Assembly (NCBI GenBank): GCA_900088475.1
Contig: FLMG01000016.1
Span: 1-64,000 of the forward strand
Source of the DNA: Hyphochytrium catenoides
Lineage: Eukaryota; Protista; Hyphochytriomycota
DNA length: 64,000 nt
Direction of reading: 5' to 3'
Shown here one piece after another: positions 11,238 to 21,973 of this stretch (the first letter of the stretch is position 1; the number at the start of each line of letters is the position of its first letter). Under the pieces are notes generated by a model that saw nothing but the letters and a program-made list of their open reading frames with translations, was not told the origin of the DNA and did not search any database. Position numbers and translations under genes: made by a program.

Positions 11238-13973
11238 TTAGATAAAAACGTAGTGTGGCATTCTCTTGGGGTCAAGAAGGCGATAGGGCAAAACATTATC
11301 TTCGTCTGCTCGCTTATTGATGTCTTTCGAGATTGCTGCCAGAGACTTCATGAACTTGGTTACAGTGGAAGCGGTAGCGGCATTGTTGAAGTCAGCAGAC
11401 TGCAGCCCGTCATAAAAGACTTGATCAGGAGTCATCGGCCTCGCAAACATCAATCCTGTGAGTATGACATCCAGTGCGACAGGGTATGGGGGCAACCACT
11501 CAACAATGTTTGTGACCCCTCCTTTTGTCGATGGTATAGCCTTCCCAATTGATGGTGTCTGGAAGGGAACTGTCATGCCCAACTGGAACGGGTTGTAGGC
11601 GTTCATCGCATGGTGGCGAGTGGTGCAGAGATGGACAAAGTGGGCTAGATGGCTTGATAGGTCATCAACGGTCGTGAAAGAGGATGGAAAGCCCTTGACT
11701 TTTCCGGGGTCGCCAGTCTCCGCAGCCCATTTCTGCAACTCTTGGTCACCAGCGACCGCGCTGTCGCCTGGGTAGTAAACCTTAAGGTAGTCAGTGATAA
11801 ACCTCTTCGTTGCTGCGTTTATGGCCAAGGCGTCCTAAAGAAGGGAGAGTGATCAATGAAAAGTTAGACCATGCCAGCCAGTGCATAGAGCTACTAGGCC
11901 AAGAATGGTTGAGCCAGGTTTCAAAGAACGTTACTGGGCAAGGATAGGATTAATGCAGCGGAGCCGGCCCCTAAACACCTTTGCAGACTAAAGCAGGGAA
12001 CAACGTACCACGAAGTAGTCAAAAGAGGGTAGAATATCACTCAGTCCTCGGGTTTGGATCTGGACGTCCAACATATCTTTTTGCCAGGTCCATCCTTGAA
12101 ATTTTATAGCCGTGAGCAACTGCGACCCTGCAGCCCCAAGGGAGTTCGTTCGATCACGAGTGCCACTGTCCGAAGGGTAGAGAAGCCTGAAAGCAGCGAG
12201 AGAGTTGCCAAAGAGAATCTTCGTATAAAATTCAAGCAATGCGCGAACCGGGTGATTCTTAGCCATTGTCCGGTAAAGTGCAACTTTGATAGGCTCAAGC
12301 GCAATGTGGCTGGACACAAAGTGGTCGACATTCTGCTCCTGAATGGCTGCGCTGTTGAAGAAGATTTTGGAGAGTAGCCAGTCATTGGCACTGTCCCTCG
12401 GAGAGAACACAAGTCCACCAGGAACTTCCACTTGGATACCTAAGACTGACAACGCCCCGTCCTCGTTGGGTGAGTATTGAAAGAGCGCGATGGGATTCCC
12501 CATAGCTCTCCCTGGAACAATAAATGGCTTGATTACTCGGAGATAAGATAGATCAGCAATGTAGAGCCGGCCAGAGCCCAACAATGTCTCTAGAGTGCTC
12601 GGCGCAAGCTGAAGATTAGCGTCCGTGAAACCCTCCGGAACTGCCGTCGCCTTCTGGAGCAAATGTGGGTACGAGGTAAAAAACTGCCTGGCGAATAGCT
12701 CATCGCTGGTAAAGTCATGCCGATTCAGCTCCGGCACATCGCCAAAGAACTCATAGAGGGCAAGGTAGTCCTTAAGGGATTTAGGCACCTGGGTGGCAGT
12801 AGAGCTGAGCGCGAGAAGAAAGCTTGGAAGAACCTTTTTCTGATAAAATGGTAGAAGCTCGCCCATTAGCTGAGCATACTCTGCTTCTGCAATGATTAGT
12901 CCTTGGGACCCGTGAATGGTGGGAGAAATGCCTGCTCTCGGTGAGTAAGTAATGCCTTGGGAGCTGACCGCCAGCTGGAATCCTCGGAGGAAAGTCGCCG
13001 GATCATTACTTGGTAAAGAGAGATCTCCACTTAGCTGCTGGGCCACCATAGTGGCAGCACTTTGGAGGCGGCTCAAGGTTAAGGTCATTTGCGGCCGTGA
13101 GAAACCGGGCGGTAACTGCTCGTCTAGAAGGAAGGTCCGAATATCGGATACTTTGGCAACCCCTTCCTTCCCCAGTCTGTGAAGAATCAGAGCGGCTTCA
13201 TGGAAGGCAGATGTGGACACCATAGGATTCCAAGCGAACTCTGGGTTCTGCTTCTTGGACTCTAAGAAGCGGATTTTCCTAGCAAGCGCTAATTCCTGAG
13301 CGCGAAGCGTTTTGCCGTCAGCAGAGAGTGACAAGAATGACTTGACAAGAGAGGCGTTGACCGCTGATGGATCGCCCCCAAGATAGGCGTCGTTATGCAC
13401 TAGGGAGGCATCATGTTCCGCTGCATTATGCTTTGAGAGATCAGAGAGGGCAAAGCTATTCATGTCCGCTATTGCTCCCAACTTCTTGGCACCTGCTACG
13501 ACTATCATTGAGAGCTCTGGGTCCACGTTGTAAACGGCGTCAAGCGCAGCGATGAGGCTACTGACACTCACATCAGCACCGTTCCGGTTGATGTAGCCAT
13601 GATTCGCAAGAGCGTTCAGTCCCGGACAAGGACTCCGTTTGAATGGCGCCGAGTTTCCTGGTACTCCGGAGACCTTGGTTCTGGGCGGCTTATAGTAAGC
13701 TCCGACTCTCAAAGACGGATTGTAGTCCTTCAAGAGCTCATCCTCTCCACTTCGCGATTCAGGTCCATAGTTTCGCGGGCGGTACGACCGTCGCATGCCG
13801 CCTCGCCTCTCCTGGAAGAGCTGTTGGAGGTCTTGGTGGAAGGGTAAAGGAAAAGCCTGCACAGTTACCGATTCCATTGCTGTCTGAAATGAGATCAGCC
13901 CCATTATTAGGAGCAAGGCAAGGGCTGAGCAGCGGTGGGATACAACGCACAGCGGCGCCATCCTTTGCCACAT
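11238..13973 (-). CDS. Secreted fusion of a heme-thiolate peroxidase/unspecific peroxygenase (chloroperoxidase family) domain and a lipoxygenase; 2 exons (13973-12009, 11834-11238), about 853 aa
   Basis: Signal-like hydrophobic N-terminus. HTP motifs RSPCPGLNALANHGYINRNG, AEHDASLVHND and a distal Glu (AFHEAALIL). LOX motifs SDELFARQ, DWLLSKIFFN, HFVSSH, HPVRALL, DQELQKW, HLCTTRHHAMN and a C-terminal Ile (PHYVFI*). A phase-0 GT-AG intron at 11835-12008 joins FDYFV|DALAINAA in frame. Confidence 0.92.
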
Positions 13974-15688
13974 ATGATGTTGGCGGCGTCCTACCACGAT
14001 CTGCCGCGCTGACCTCGCAAGTCACGAAGTATCAATGGTTCTGAAGTCCACCAATGTCGCGAAGAAGAAGTGATGACACGACACAGTTGCTATAATATGC
14101 TGCGATGATAGTCGCAATCGCGGCAAAAAGGAGAGGACCAGATCAACCCTGTGGCCGATCGATCCAGATCTTCCTTGTCAATGATCGTCAAAGAGAAGAC
14201 AGGCAAGTGATAACTACGACGGGCATGGAATCTGGCGGGTCGCCTGAATGACAAATGGACAGATTGAACTAGGTCGTGCCGTTGCTAACAAGCAAGTGAA
14301 TTCTTACTTTATAGACAAAGCAAGGCAGGACGAGGGATGCAACCTCTTTTTTATGGCTAGAAGAGCTCAATCATAGATTTATAAACATTGAGACTATGAT
14401 TGAAGACCATTAGGAGCTCCAGCTTCGAGATTTTTAGCTAACCGCTAAACCCTCCTGTGACATCGAAGGAGCGCAGAGGCACTGCCGCTCTCTCTTGCTG
14501 TTCCCAAATCAAAGATACCCTTGCCGATCTCGAAGGGCAGCAGATGGGGAAGAGGGGAGAGATCGACCTCCCGAGATCATGGGTAGAGAGGAGTATCTCG
14601 GACATGGGCGGCCCTGACAAGATAGGAAGGTAGGGAGGAGCCATCAATCATCATCCAAAGCCAATATCTGCGAGTACTTCCAGTTTATCAGTGGACGAGA
14701 TTGGTCGAGGAGGTACCGAGAGATTGAGAAAGGCGAATGTTTAGGTTCAGCAGGCTAGTCACTCCTAGTATGAGTACATTTCCGCCGACCAAGAGAACAT
14801 GAGATAAATGTGGTTTGTCATCAGAGAGGAGGGACAAGAAGGATAGACCAACAAGAGGTACAACAAGAGGAAGGTAAAGGTGGCAGTGACAAGAAGGGTC
14901 CGTAGTGAGAGGAGAAGAAGAACAAACCCACTAATAATCTTAGTCGCAAAGGCCGCTTTCTTCTGTCGGTGGTGTTACTCAGTAAGTATATAAAAAAGCT
15001 ACCGCTGATGGCGACATGATCGTGCATTCGCCTTGAAAGCGCCTACTTTTTTTCCTACTTCTTGGCCCTCTTCTTAGTAACCTTATCTGCTTACCTTATT
15101 CTTTGGGCTCCTCTTTTATCTCTGTGCAGCAGCGCAGAACTCCTTGCATGACTGCCAACACGAAAAATGGGTTCCTATGATGGCTATGGATGATTGGGCT
15201 GCTTACCACTAGGAAGCAGCAGCAGCAGGCTTCTGTTGTCGTCGGTGGCTCTTCTATCATCAGTGGTGGCACGAAGACTGTGAACTGTGCTTGATATCTT
15301 TCGCCCTCGCAGCCTTGCCACCTGTCTTTCTCTCATAGATTGGTTTGTACTGCCGCCGCACTGCTGGTCGACCGATCTGCTGTGGATCTTTCCCGCCGCG
15401 GGTGACCCTTCAAAGATCTTCAGGCGACGCTTCAGAGCTGGGCTGCCAAATAATCAACTTAAATCTGTTGGGAGGGGAGTAATCTATGGGATTGTTCCTT
15501 GGGGATGCCCAATATTATGGCGATTTCATTTTGGGAGGTTTTGGGTCTAGGGGGGTTTGGCCTTGTTTGGGTGTTGTATACTACTGGGGCGACCACTCTG
15601 AGGGAGGGGGTGGTAGCCGTTTTACTCATCATTGAGGGGGACACCACGACCTTTGGGAAGGAAACAGAGAAAGAAAGTGGGTCATGCT

Positions 15689-15690
15689 TT

Positions 15691-15727
<37 letters not shown>

Positions 15728-15771
15728 GTCTCTCTCTGTGTCTCTCTCTCTCTTTCTCTGTCGTCTCTCTC
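15689..15771. repeat. (TC)n microsatellite
   Basis: tctttctctctctctctctctctctctctctctccctgtctctctctgtgtctctc... seen directly. Confidence 0.9.
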
Positions 15772-17453
15772 TGTCAGGCTTTATCATCCCGCTTGCTCTC
15801 AAGAAAAACCCTTCTCTTCCTGCTGCTTGGATTGTCGACCTAGCTCTCTTCCGTCTTTGTTCTCCATCAAACCCTCGAGGCAACAATAGAGGAGACGATG
15901 CTGGGCTGATAGAGGTGGCGTAGGCTGCACCTGAGCTTATGCATAGCTAGAAGTACAAGGAGAAGAGTCAGTCTACGACCAGAGCGGACGGAGGCGGGAC
16001 AGCAGAGCACATGAAGGCAGCCAAGAAGAGGAAGAGGAGCTCATCACTTGTTGAGGCCAGACAGAGAGGCATTGTGACATGGCTTCCTGCTGCTGTTTCT
16101 GTTGTTTGTCGTGGTCCCTTCCTTCCTTCTTTCTCCTTCTGAATTGTGTCAAGAACAGCTGGAATTTCAAGAACAAGCCATTCTCTCAACAATGGCGCAG
16201 TCAAGGCGACAAATTAGTCGAACGGCTCCTCTCTGATTTGGGCAGGGGCGAGCTAAAAAATGGGGATGGAGCTGCCGTACCCTCCTGGCCCTCGCTTCGC
16301 TACTATGGTGCTTCTTCGATTTGGATAGGCCTGCAGGAGGCTGGGTGGGTTGAACAACAGCAGTGCGGTCTCAGCTGAGATATGATCACGCTCATCAAGC
16401 CGACTGTAACTTCTTCGAGAAGAATGTTTTCAGTAGTAAGAAGCCTGTCGTCCACAAGGAGGTAGGGTGATGACGTGGTAGGTAGATGGCGATAGATAGC
16501 TGAGGATGGGAAGAGGTGGTGGAGAAGAGGGGAGAAGCCAATGCCTTCTTCTTTCACCTCCTGGGCTCCACACGCTGCAGGGCTGGACTGTGGGTTCTAG
16601 ATCTGGCTGTAAACCACAAAGACCCTTCCTCTCTTCCTCATGGTGGCGTCTCTTCGATCCCCATGAGACTCAGTCAAAAAAGATAGTGACAACTAGGAAG
16701 AGTAGAACTAGAACTAGATGTAGCGGAGATTGCTGCTGCTTGTTCCCTTGCTATCGAGAAGTAATAGTCGCGGGGGTCTCCATCTGAATTGAAAGAAGGC
16801 ACTCAGAGGACGAGGAGCGCGTGGTGCAAGAAAGAAGATCGGTCAACACGCTCTTCCAAAGCCAAAGCTGGGGCCAGGCAAGTGTCCTTACTGTGCCCAC
16901 TTTAAGAGTGATGACATTGTTTAGAATATTTTTTATTCAGCAAACGAGAGGTTGCTTTTTTCTTAGCTCACTCAACTTCTTTGTTTTCTCATCCTCCGGG
17001 GATGAAAATGTCATGAAATGGACACATCTTCAGCCCTTCTCTTTGCTTTCCTTCCCTTTGTTGGCAACGTCACGATAGAAGAGGCACCTTGGTCCATTCG
17101 CCTGCCCTCTTTCTTCTGTCCTTCTACAGCTCCTCCAGCGATTCTTCAGCCGTGACCATTCCGGGTTACCATTGAGAGTGATACGTATAATAAAGCGTGA
17201 GACTGTTAACTCATTAGAATAAAGTGAGGAGACCAGCTCACTTTTTGCTTTGCATCTTCAGGGATAGCTCATAATCTGCGGCATTTTGCTAGCTTCTTCT
17301 TTGTTTGGGCGTGCATTGCTTCAAAGAACGGAGGCCAATTATTGGTGCTTGCTGACTTCTTAAGGCGGCGCTGCTATTAACCACGCAGTGGAGCGCGGAC
17401 CCTAGACAGACTCGGTCCTTCATATTGGCCATCCTTCATCATATTCTGGCATA

Positions 17454-20400
17454 ATGGGGGTGGCAGATTGGGCAAAGCCCCAGGAGACCTACTCCAGCTA
17501 CAACTTCCTAGGTTCAAGTGAGACGCGGTCCTACTTTCATCAGCACTTGAAGTCAGAAGAGTTCACCACCTTCAGTCCTCAGTTCTTCTTTTGGTCCATG
17601 CTATGGTTCATTGGCTTTGCTATACTGAACGCTGCTTGGCGCAGTGGGAAGCTTGGATCTGTGGCAAGTAAACTGAGTCCTATTCGTCGTGTCCAGCTAA
17701 TGTTCCAGCTTCTAAGCCTTATTGCGAGTCTGCTTATGCTGGGAGTCATGGTAGTGGTTACGACATATGGAGAGCTCTCCACGGTCCTATACACTGGCAG
17801 TCTCACTCACGAGTACTCGGAGGAAAAGTTTGTCGATGAATGGTCCTCTCCCCCTCGTGCAGTCAAGAAAGCTTCAATGCTGATGCTCTTCGCTGGATAT
17901 GCAGTGGTGCCCGTAACCACCTTATATGTCATGGAGATTCTAGGCGTTTCCTTAACGATCTCGCTTTCTCCTGCAGCAGCCACTGAAGCCAGCAGAAGGC
18001 AGGCTACTCCACAAAGCCCATCTTCTGCTGATACCGACCGGCGCATGGTCGCAGAGACACCTCCCCCTCAGACTATTGCCGACAAGCCTCCAGCAGCTAG
18101 GGTGGATAGTACCGCTGATGACTCTGGCAGCAGAAAAGACGCCAACATCGGAGTTGTAATGAAAGACAGCGCCAGCAGGCGCAAACGGAGTGCCGAAGGT
18201 GGTGATAGTCGTCTGAGTCCCACGGATAATGGGAGCCCGATGTCCCCGGTAGTGGCAAGATATCCTCCTGATAACTCCCTTGCTGGCAGCACAAGGGAGG
18301 GAGAGGAGGAGACGGCAATGACCCGTAGTCTTTTGGTCGTGTTTATACATCACCTTATCGTCCTGCTGCTCTACTGCATGGGTCTGTCACCGATGTTCGA
18401 GTGTATGGATATGGCCTACTTCAGGATGGCATGGATCCTCTCTCTGCACATTGCTTTGGAGTTCCCCTGCTTTCTCGCTATCATAGCCTATAGAGTGAGC
18501 GATAATAAGCACCTCGTGAGGCGCGGTATGGAAGGATGTGCCATCTACACTCTCATTCTGCGGATCTCTGTCAATGTCCTCGCGTTTCTCTCCTACCTGG
18601 ATATCGCTTGGCTAAGGCTGAAATTCACTGACTGGGATCTCTTCTGGCGCTGGACATTTCCTTGGATTTTCATCATCCTCGTCCTAGCTCAGCTGTACAT
18701 AGTTCGCATCTATTGGATCATCCGCACCAAGGCCATGATGGAGACTGAGACCCTTGACCTGTCACTACAGAGACAGCAGCTGGAGTCTGGAAGGGGCAAG
18801 GAAGAAATAACTAGTTTAGGTGACAATAAGGTTGTTCAGCTCTCCTCTGCAGAAGATGGCGTGAACTCAGTGGATGGATCGAGAGAGAGAGCGAAGAGCG
18901 GGTTCTCCCAATCCTCCTGGTCGTCGCCAGCAGCTGCGCGCTTCACCAAGGCTACTTCATCTATGATGTTGGCCCTGGAGGTCCCAGCAAGCGGTGGAAG
19001 GTCTAACAACCGAGTAATGTACGACAAAGCAGCTGCTCCTGCTGGTACCCTCATGGATTACTATCTACGCCTGCCTTTCAAAAGGTTAACAGTCCTCGCT
19101 ATCTTCTTCTTATTCTTGATTTGCGTACTATTCATCTGGATCCCATTCTCCTGTGAGACATGCTCCATAGCCAAGCAGCGCGTAGCTGTCATTGGAGGAG
19201 GGCCAAGTGGGCTGGTGGCCGCATGGACTCTAGCCAAGACCTCACCTAACTTTGAGATAACGCTCTTCGAAAAGGACAACCGCTTAGGAGGCGCAGCCTA
19301 CACTTCCAACTATGTGGACGAGGATACTGGCGTGGTAACTGGAATAGATCTGGCCTTCCGAGCCTTTATAGACTACTATAACTTTGAGGATCTTATTGAT
19401 GAGCTCGGCATCGACGTGGATAAAGAGATAGAGTCCCTCTCCACTGGCTTCTCTTCACAGTTCAACGATCAAAAAGCAAACGAGAGTGTGTTTGTTACCT
19501 CTGCGGAGTTTTCTCGGCCCCTCGCTGCTGGAAAGTCAAAGTACGACTTCCATATGGAGCGAGTTCGGCTGAGAGAGCTCTTGGAGGACGCTTCAGCGAC
19601 GTACTCGGAGGAAGTGCTCATGACAAAGACTTTGGGCGATTTCCTCAATGAACATAACTTTTCTCGTGTTTTCATTGAGGTGCACATGAAGTCCTGTCTC
19701 TTCCTTTACGTGGGAACAGCAGCAAAGTATCTCTCTACCCCTCTATCCGTAATTCTATTCCTGGAGAAGAATGTACACATTTGCACGTCGATGGATATGG
19801 ATGGCCGAGCCTTGACTAAGAACTTCAGGAATGGTACCCAGGTGTATGTAGAAAGGCTCGCGGCGAGGTTACGGGAAGACGGTGTCACCATCCGGACGCA
19901 GACTGAGGTTCAGAAACTCTCCCCAAGCTCAAGGAGTGGCCTCCCACTAAGGACGACAAAGACAAATGTCCTTCTGAATGGTGGCCAGGAGGAGGAGTTT
20001 GATCACGTCATCATCGCGCTCAGAGTCCCTCATCTTATACCCCTGCTTGCCGCAAGTCCAGATAGCTTTCACGCTCTGAATATTCCTAGAAGGCTGTATA
20101 ATACGGCCAACATGGAGATCACTGACGTCGCAGCGGTGGTGACAGCGGCCAAGAATGGACGACACTCTCCCATCGACATCATCTCCGCTAACTCTCTTAG
20201 CGGCACCAGGCCGAGTACTCTGATTGTTGACGACAAAGATTCCAACCAGACCAGGCAATGCTACATGTTTGAGCAATGCAACCATTTCCCAGCCGACATC
20301 AAGGATGACCTCTCGACGACAGAACCGGTATCCATCGGCTTCCAGTTCTTTGACGTGACAAAGTGCTATGACAAGGAGTCCATGAACTCCGTGGGTCCTT

Positions 20401-20774
20401 TCATTCTGTACGCTGCGACTCCGCTCATCGAGAAGCTTCTCAATAACATGAAGGAGGAGTTTAGTGATGCCAGTATCACAGCTCGGTTCAACGTCACCAC
20501 GCATACGGTGGGGTTCGCTCTCGGTGCTCGAAATATGCACAAAGCACAGGGTCTTCATAATATCTGGTACGCGAGTGCTGACTTCTCCAGCCTCAACCTG
20601 CATGAGTTGGCAGTCATCAATGGCATGGCCACTGCGCAGGCCATTGGGGGCAGGTATCCGGACACTAAGAATGCGCTCGCCGTAGAGAGGTTCTTGAGAT
20701 TTCAGTATTGGCTGATGTATGGGGTTAATCCCTTTGTGGCCAGATACACTGAGAGAAGCTCAAGGAGACTATAG
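17454..20774 (+). CDS. 1106-aa fusion of an N-terminal multi-TM TLC (TRAM/LAG1/CLN8)-like domain and a C-terminal FAD-dependent amine-oxidase-family oxidoreductase
   Basis: Intronless ORF with several TM helices carrying a TLC-like pattern (LYVMEIL...VFIHHLIV...ALEFPCF...ILR). After a further TM come a Rossmann motif VAVIGGGPSGLVAAW, LFEKDNRLGG, IDLAF, FDHVIIA and a C-terminal QGLHNIWYA...LHELAVINGMATAQAIG. Confidence 0.8.
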   Translation: MGVADWAKPQETYSSYNFLGSSETRSYFHQHLKSEEFTTFSPQFFFWSMLWFIGFAILNAAWRSGKLGSVASKLSPIRRVQLMFQLLSLIASLLMLGVMVVVTTYGELSTVLYTGSLTHEYSEEKFVDEWSSPPRAVKKASMLMLFAGYAVVPVTTLYVMEILGVSLTISLSPAAATEASRRQATPQSPSSADTDRRMVAETPPPQTIADKPPAARVDSTADDSGSRKDANIGVVMKDSASRRKRSAEGGDSRLSPTDNGSPMSPVVARYPPDNSLAGSTREGEEETAMTRSLLVVFIHHLIVLLLYCMGLSPMFECMDMAYFRMAWILSLHIALEFPCFLAIIAYRVSDNKHLVRRGMEGCAIYTLILRISVNVLAFLSYLDIAWLRLKFTDWDLFWRWTFPWIFIILVLAQLYIVRIYWIIRTKAMMETETLDLSLQRQQLESGRGKEEITSLGDNKVVQLSSAEDGVNSVDGSRERAKSGFSQSSWSSPAAARFTKATSSMMLALEVPASGGRSNNRVMYDKAAAPAGTLMDYYLRLPFKRLTVLAIFFLFLICVLFIWIPFSCETCSIAKQRVAVIGGGPSGLVAAWTLAKTSPNFEITLFEKDNRLGGAAYTSNYVDEDTGVVTGIDLAFRAFIDYYNFEDLIDELGIDVDKEIESLSTGFSSQFNDQKANESVFVTSAEFSRPLAAGKSKYDFHMERVRLRELLEDASATYSEEVLMTKTLGDFLNEHNFSRVFIEVHMKSCLFLYVGTAAKYLSTPLSVILFLEKNVHICTSMDMDGRALTKNFRNGTQVYVERLAARLREDGVTIRTQTEVQKLSPSSRSGLPLRTTKTNVLLNGGQEEEFDHVIIALRVPHLIPLLAASPDSFHALNIPRRLYNTANMEITDVAAVVTAAKNGRHSPIDIISANSLSGTRPSTLIVDDKDSNQTRQCYMFEQCNHFPADIKDDLSTTEPVSIGFQFFDVTKCYDKESMNSVGPFILYAATPLIEKLLNNMKEEFSDASITARFNVTTHTVGFALGARNMHKAQGLHNIWYASADFSSLNLHELAVINGMATAQAIGGRYPDTKNALAVERFLRFQYWLMYGVNPFVARYTERSSRRL

Positions 20775-21343
20775 GGGAAGAAAAAGGGGTGTCAAGCAGG
20801 ATTAATAGCCCATCGGACAGGAGTAGATATAAGAAGGCCTAATAGAAGTCAGCACGAAGTGAGAACGAGAACAAATAGAGTCTGTGCAGTCGATCGACAA
20901 AGAAGAAGGCGAACGAGGGCTTTTCAATGGTAGGTCCTTAGTACGTCGAAGTGACAGCTCAACTTCTTGATCAATGGCTTGGCCAGTGACAAATGACCAT
21001 CCTTTTCTCCGAGGGAGGCCTACCTATCTAATGGCGGTCTTCGATGGTATAAATAGCAGCGAAACAGAATCACCACCACACACATCGGAGAAAGAGTCAG
21101 CAACAGGGCGTTAGACCCACAGGTCGGTACCTCTTGGTCAGCGCGTTAGGATGACTTAGACCGCCGCCGTAGGTTCTCAGCTAAAGTCAGTCATCTACCT
21201 GTTGCTGTATAAGATGAAGATTGCTTTGAATGGCACACAGTTTCTTATCTTCTTCTCTGGGAGCTTTCTGACTGCTTTGGGCACCTCAATGGGTGATGGC
21301 AAACCAGCGCGTTTGAATCTACTAAGCACGATCCAAAGCATTA

Positions 21344-21461
21344 TCCATTGTGTCCAATCTTGACCTCAAACATTGATAACGGGTGAAGGTCTACAACGAC
21401 TTCCATTGTGTCCAATCTTGACCTCAAACATTGATAACGGGTGAAGGTCTACAACGACTTC
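21344..21461. repeat. Perfect tandem duplication of a 58-bp unit
   Basis: tccattgtgtccaatcttgacctcaaacattgataacgggtgaaggtctacaacgact occurs twice head-to-tail, starting at 21344 and 21402. Confidence 0.92.
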
Positions 21462-21973
21462 ATACACAGTTGGCACTCTTGTTACGATTATTCAGCGGCC
21501 TACCCTCCAACAAGAAGATGGTGATGTATCTTCATAGACTGTGCTATCCCAGGACCCTCGGGAGAGACCGGATTGGCTTCAATGTCCCCATCTTCTCATT
21601 CTTCCAAGGCTCAGTACCTAGAACGCAAGGCGCTTGGGCCATTTAGCCAATTATCACGTACGAGTTGTGCAGAAGAGTCATAGAGGGAGGACAGATCTCT
21701 GGTCAAGGATCATGGCCTCAAGCACCACCTTTGACTCAACGGTGCAGACTGATATTTTGCCACTAGTCAGCAACTTCATTGGAGGGCAGCGTTTGCCATG
21801 CAGCAGTCGTGAGAATAAGTATGTATGATGCTATCAATCTTCTGCTATTTTATAGGACAAGTCTGTCGTCCTCAATAGGCCCACAGGGTGCTCACTGTGG
21901 CCGATCTATCCATTGAAGTCGTCTAGGTGTTCACCTCTCCGGCTATCTGGCTTGTCTGTCATCAATCGTGACC

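Noticed and set aside
11238-11828. Separate 196-aa gene downstream of the 669-aa ORF
   Set aside because: It is exon 2 of HTP-LOX, joined by a canonical phase-0 intron.
13730-13830. RxLR-dEER-like motif after the HTP-LOX signal peptide
   Set aside because: The basic-then-acidic stretch (RRGGMRRSYRPR...SGEDELL) lacks RxLR and is more likely a propeptide.
19947-20603. 218-aa ORF on the - strand (similarly 35738-36421 on the + strand)
   Set aside because: Antisense to well-supported genes, with no domain features.
21344-21461. CRISPR-like array
   Set aside because: Only two adjacent copies, no spacers, eukaryotic context.
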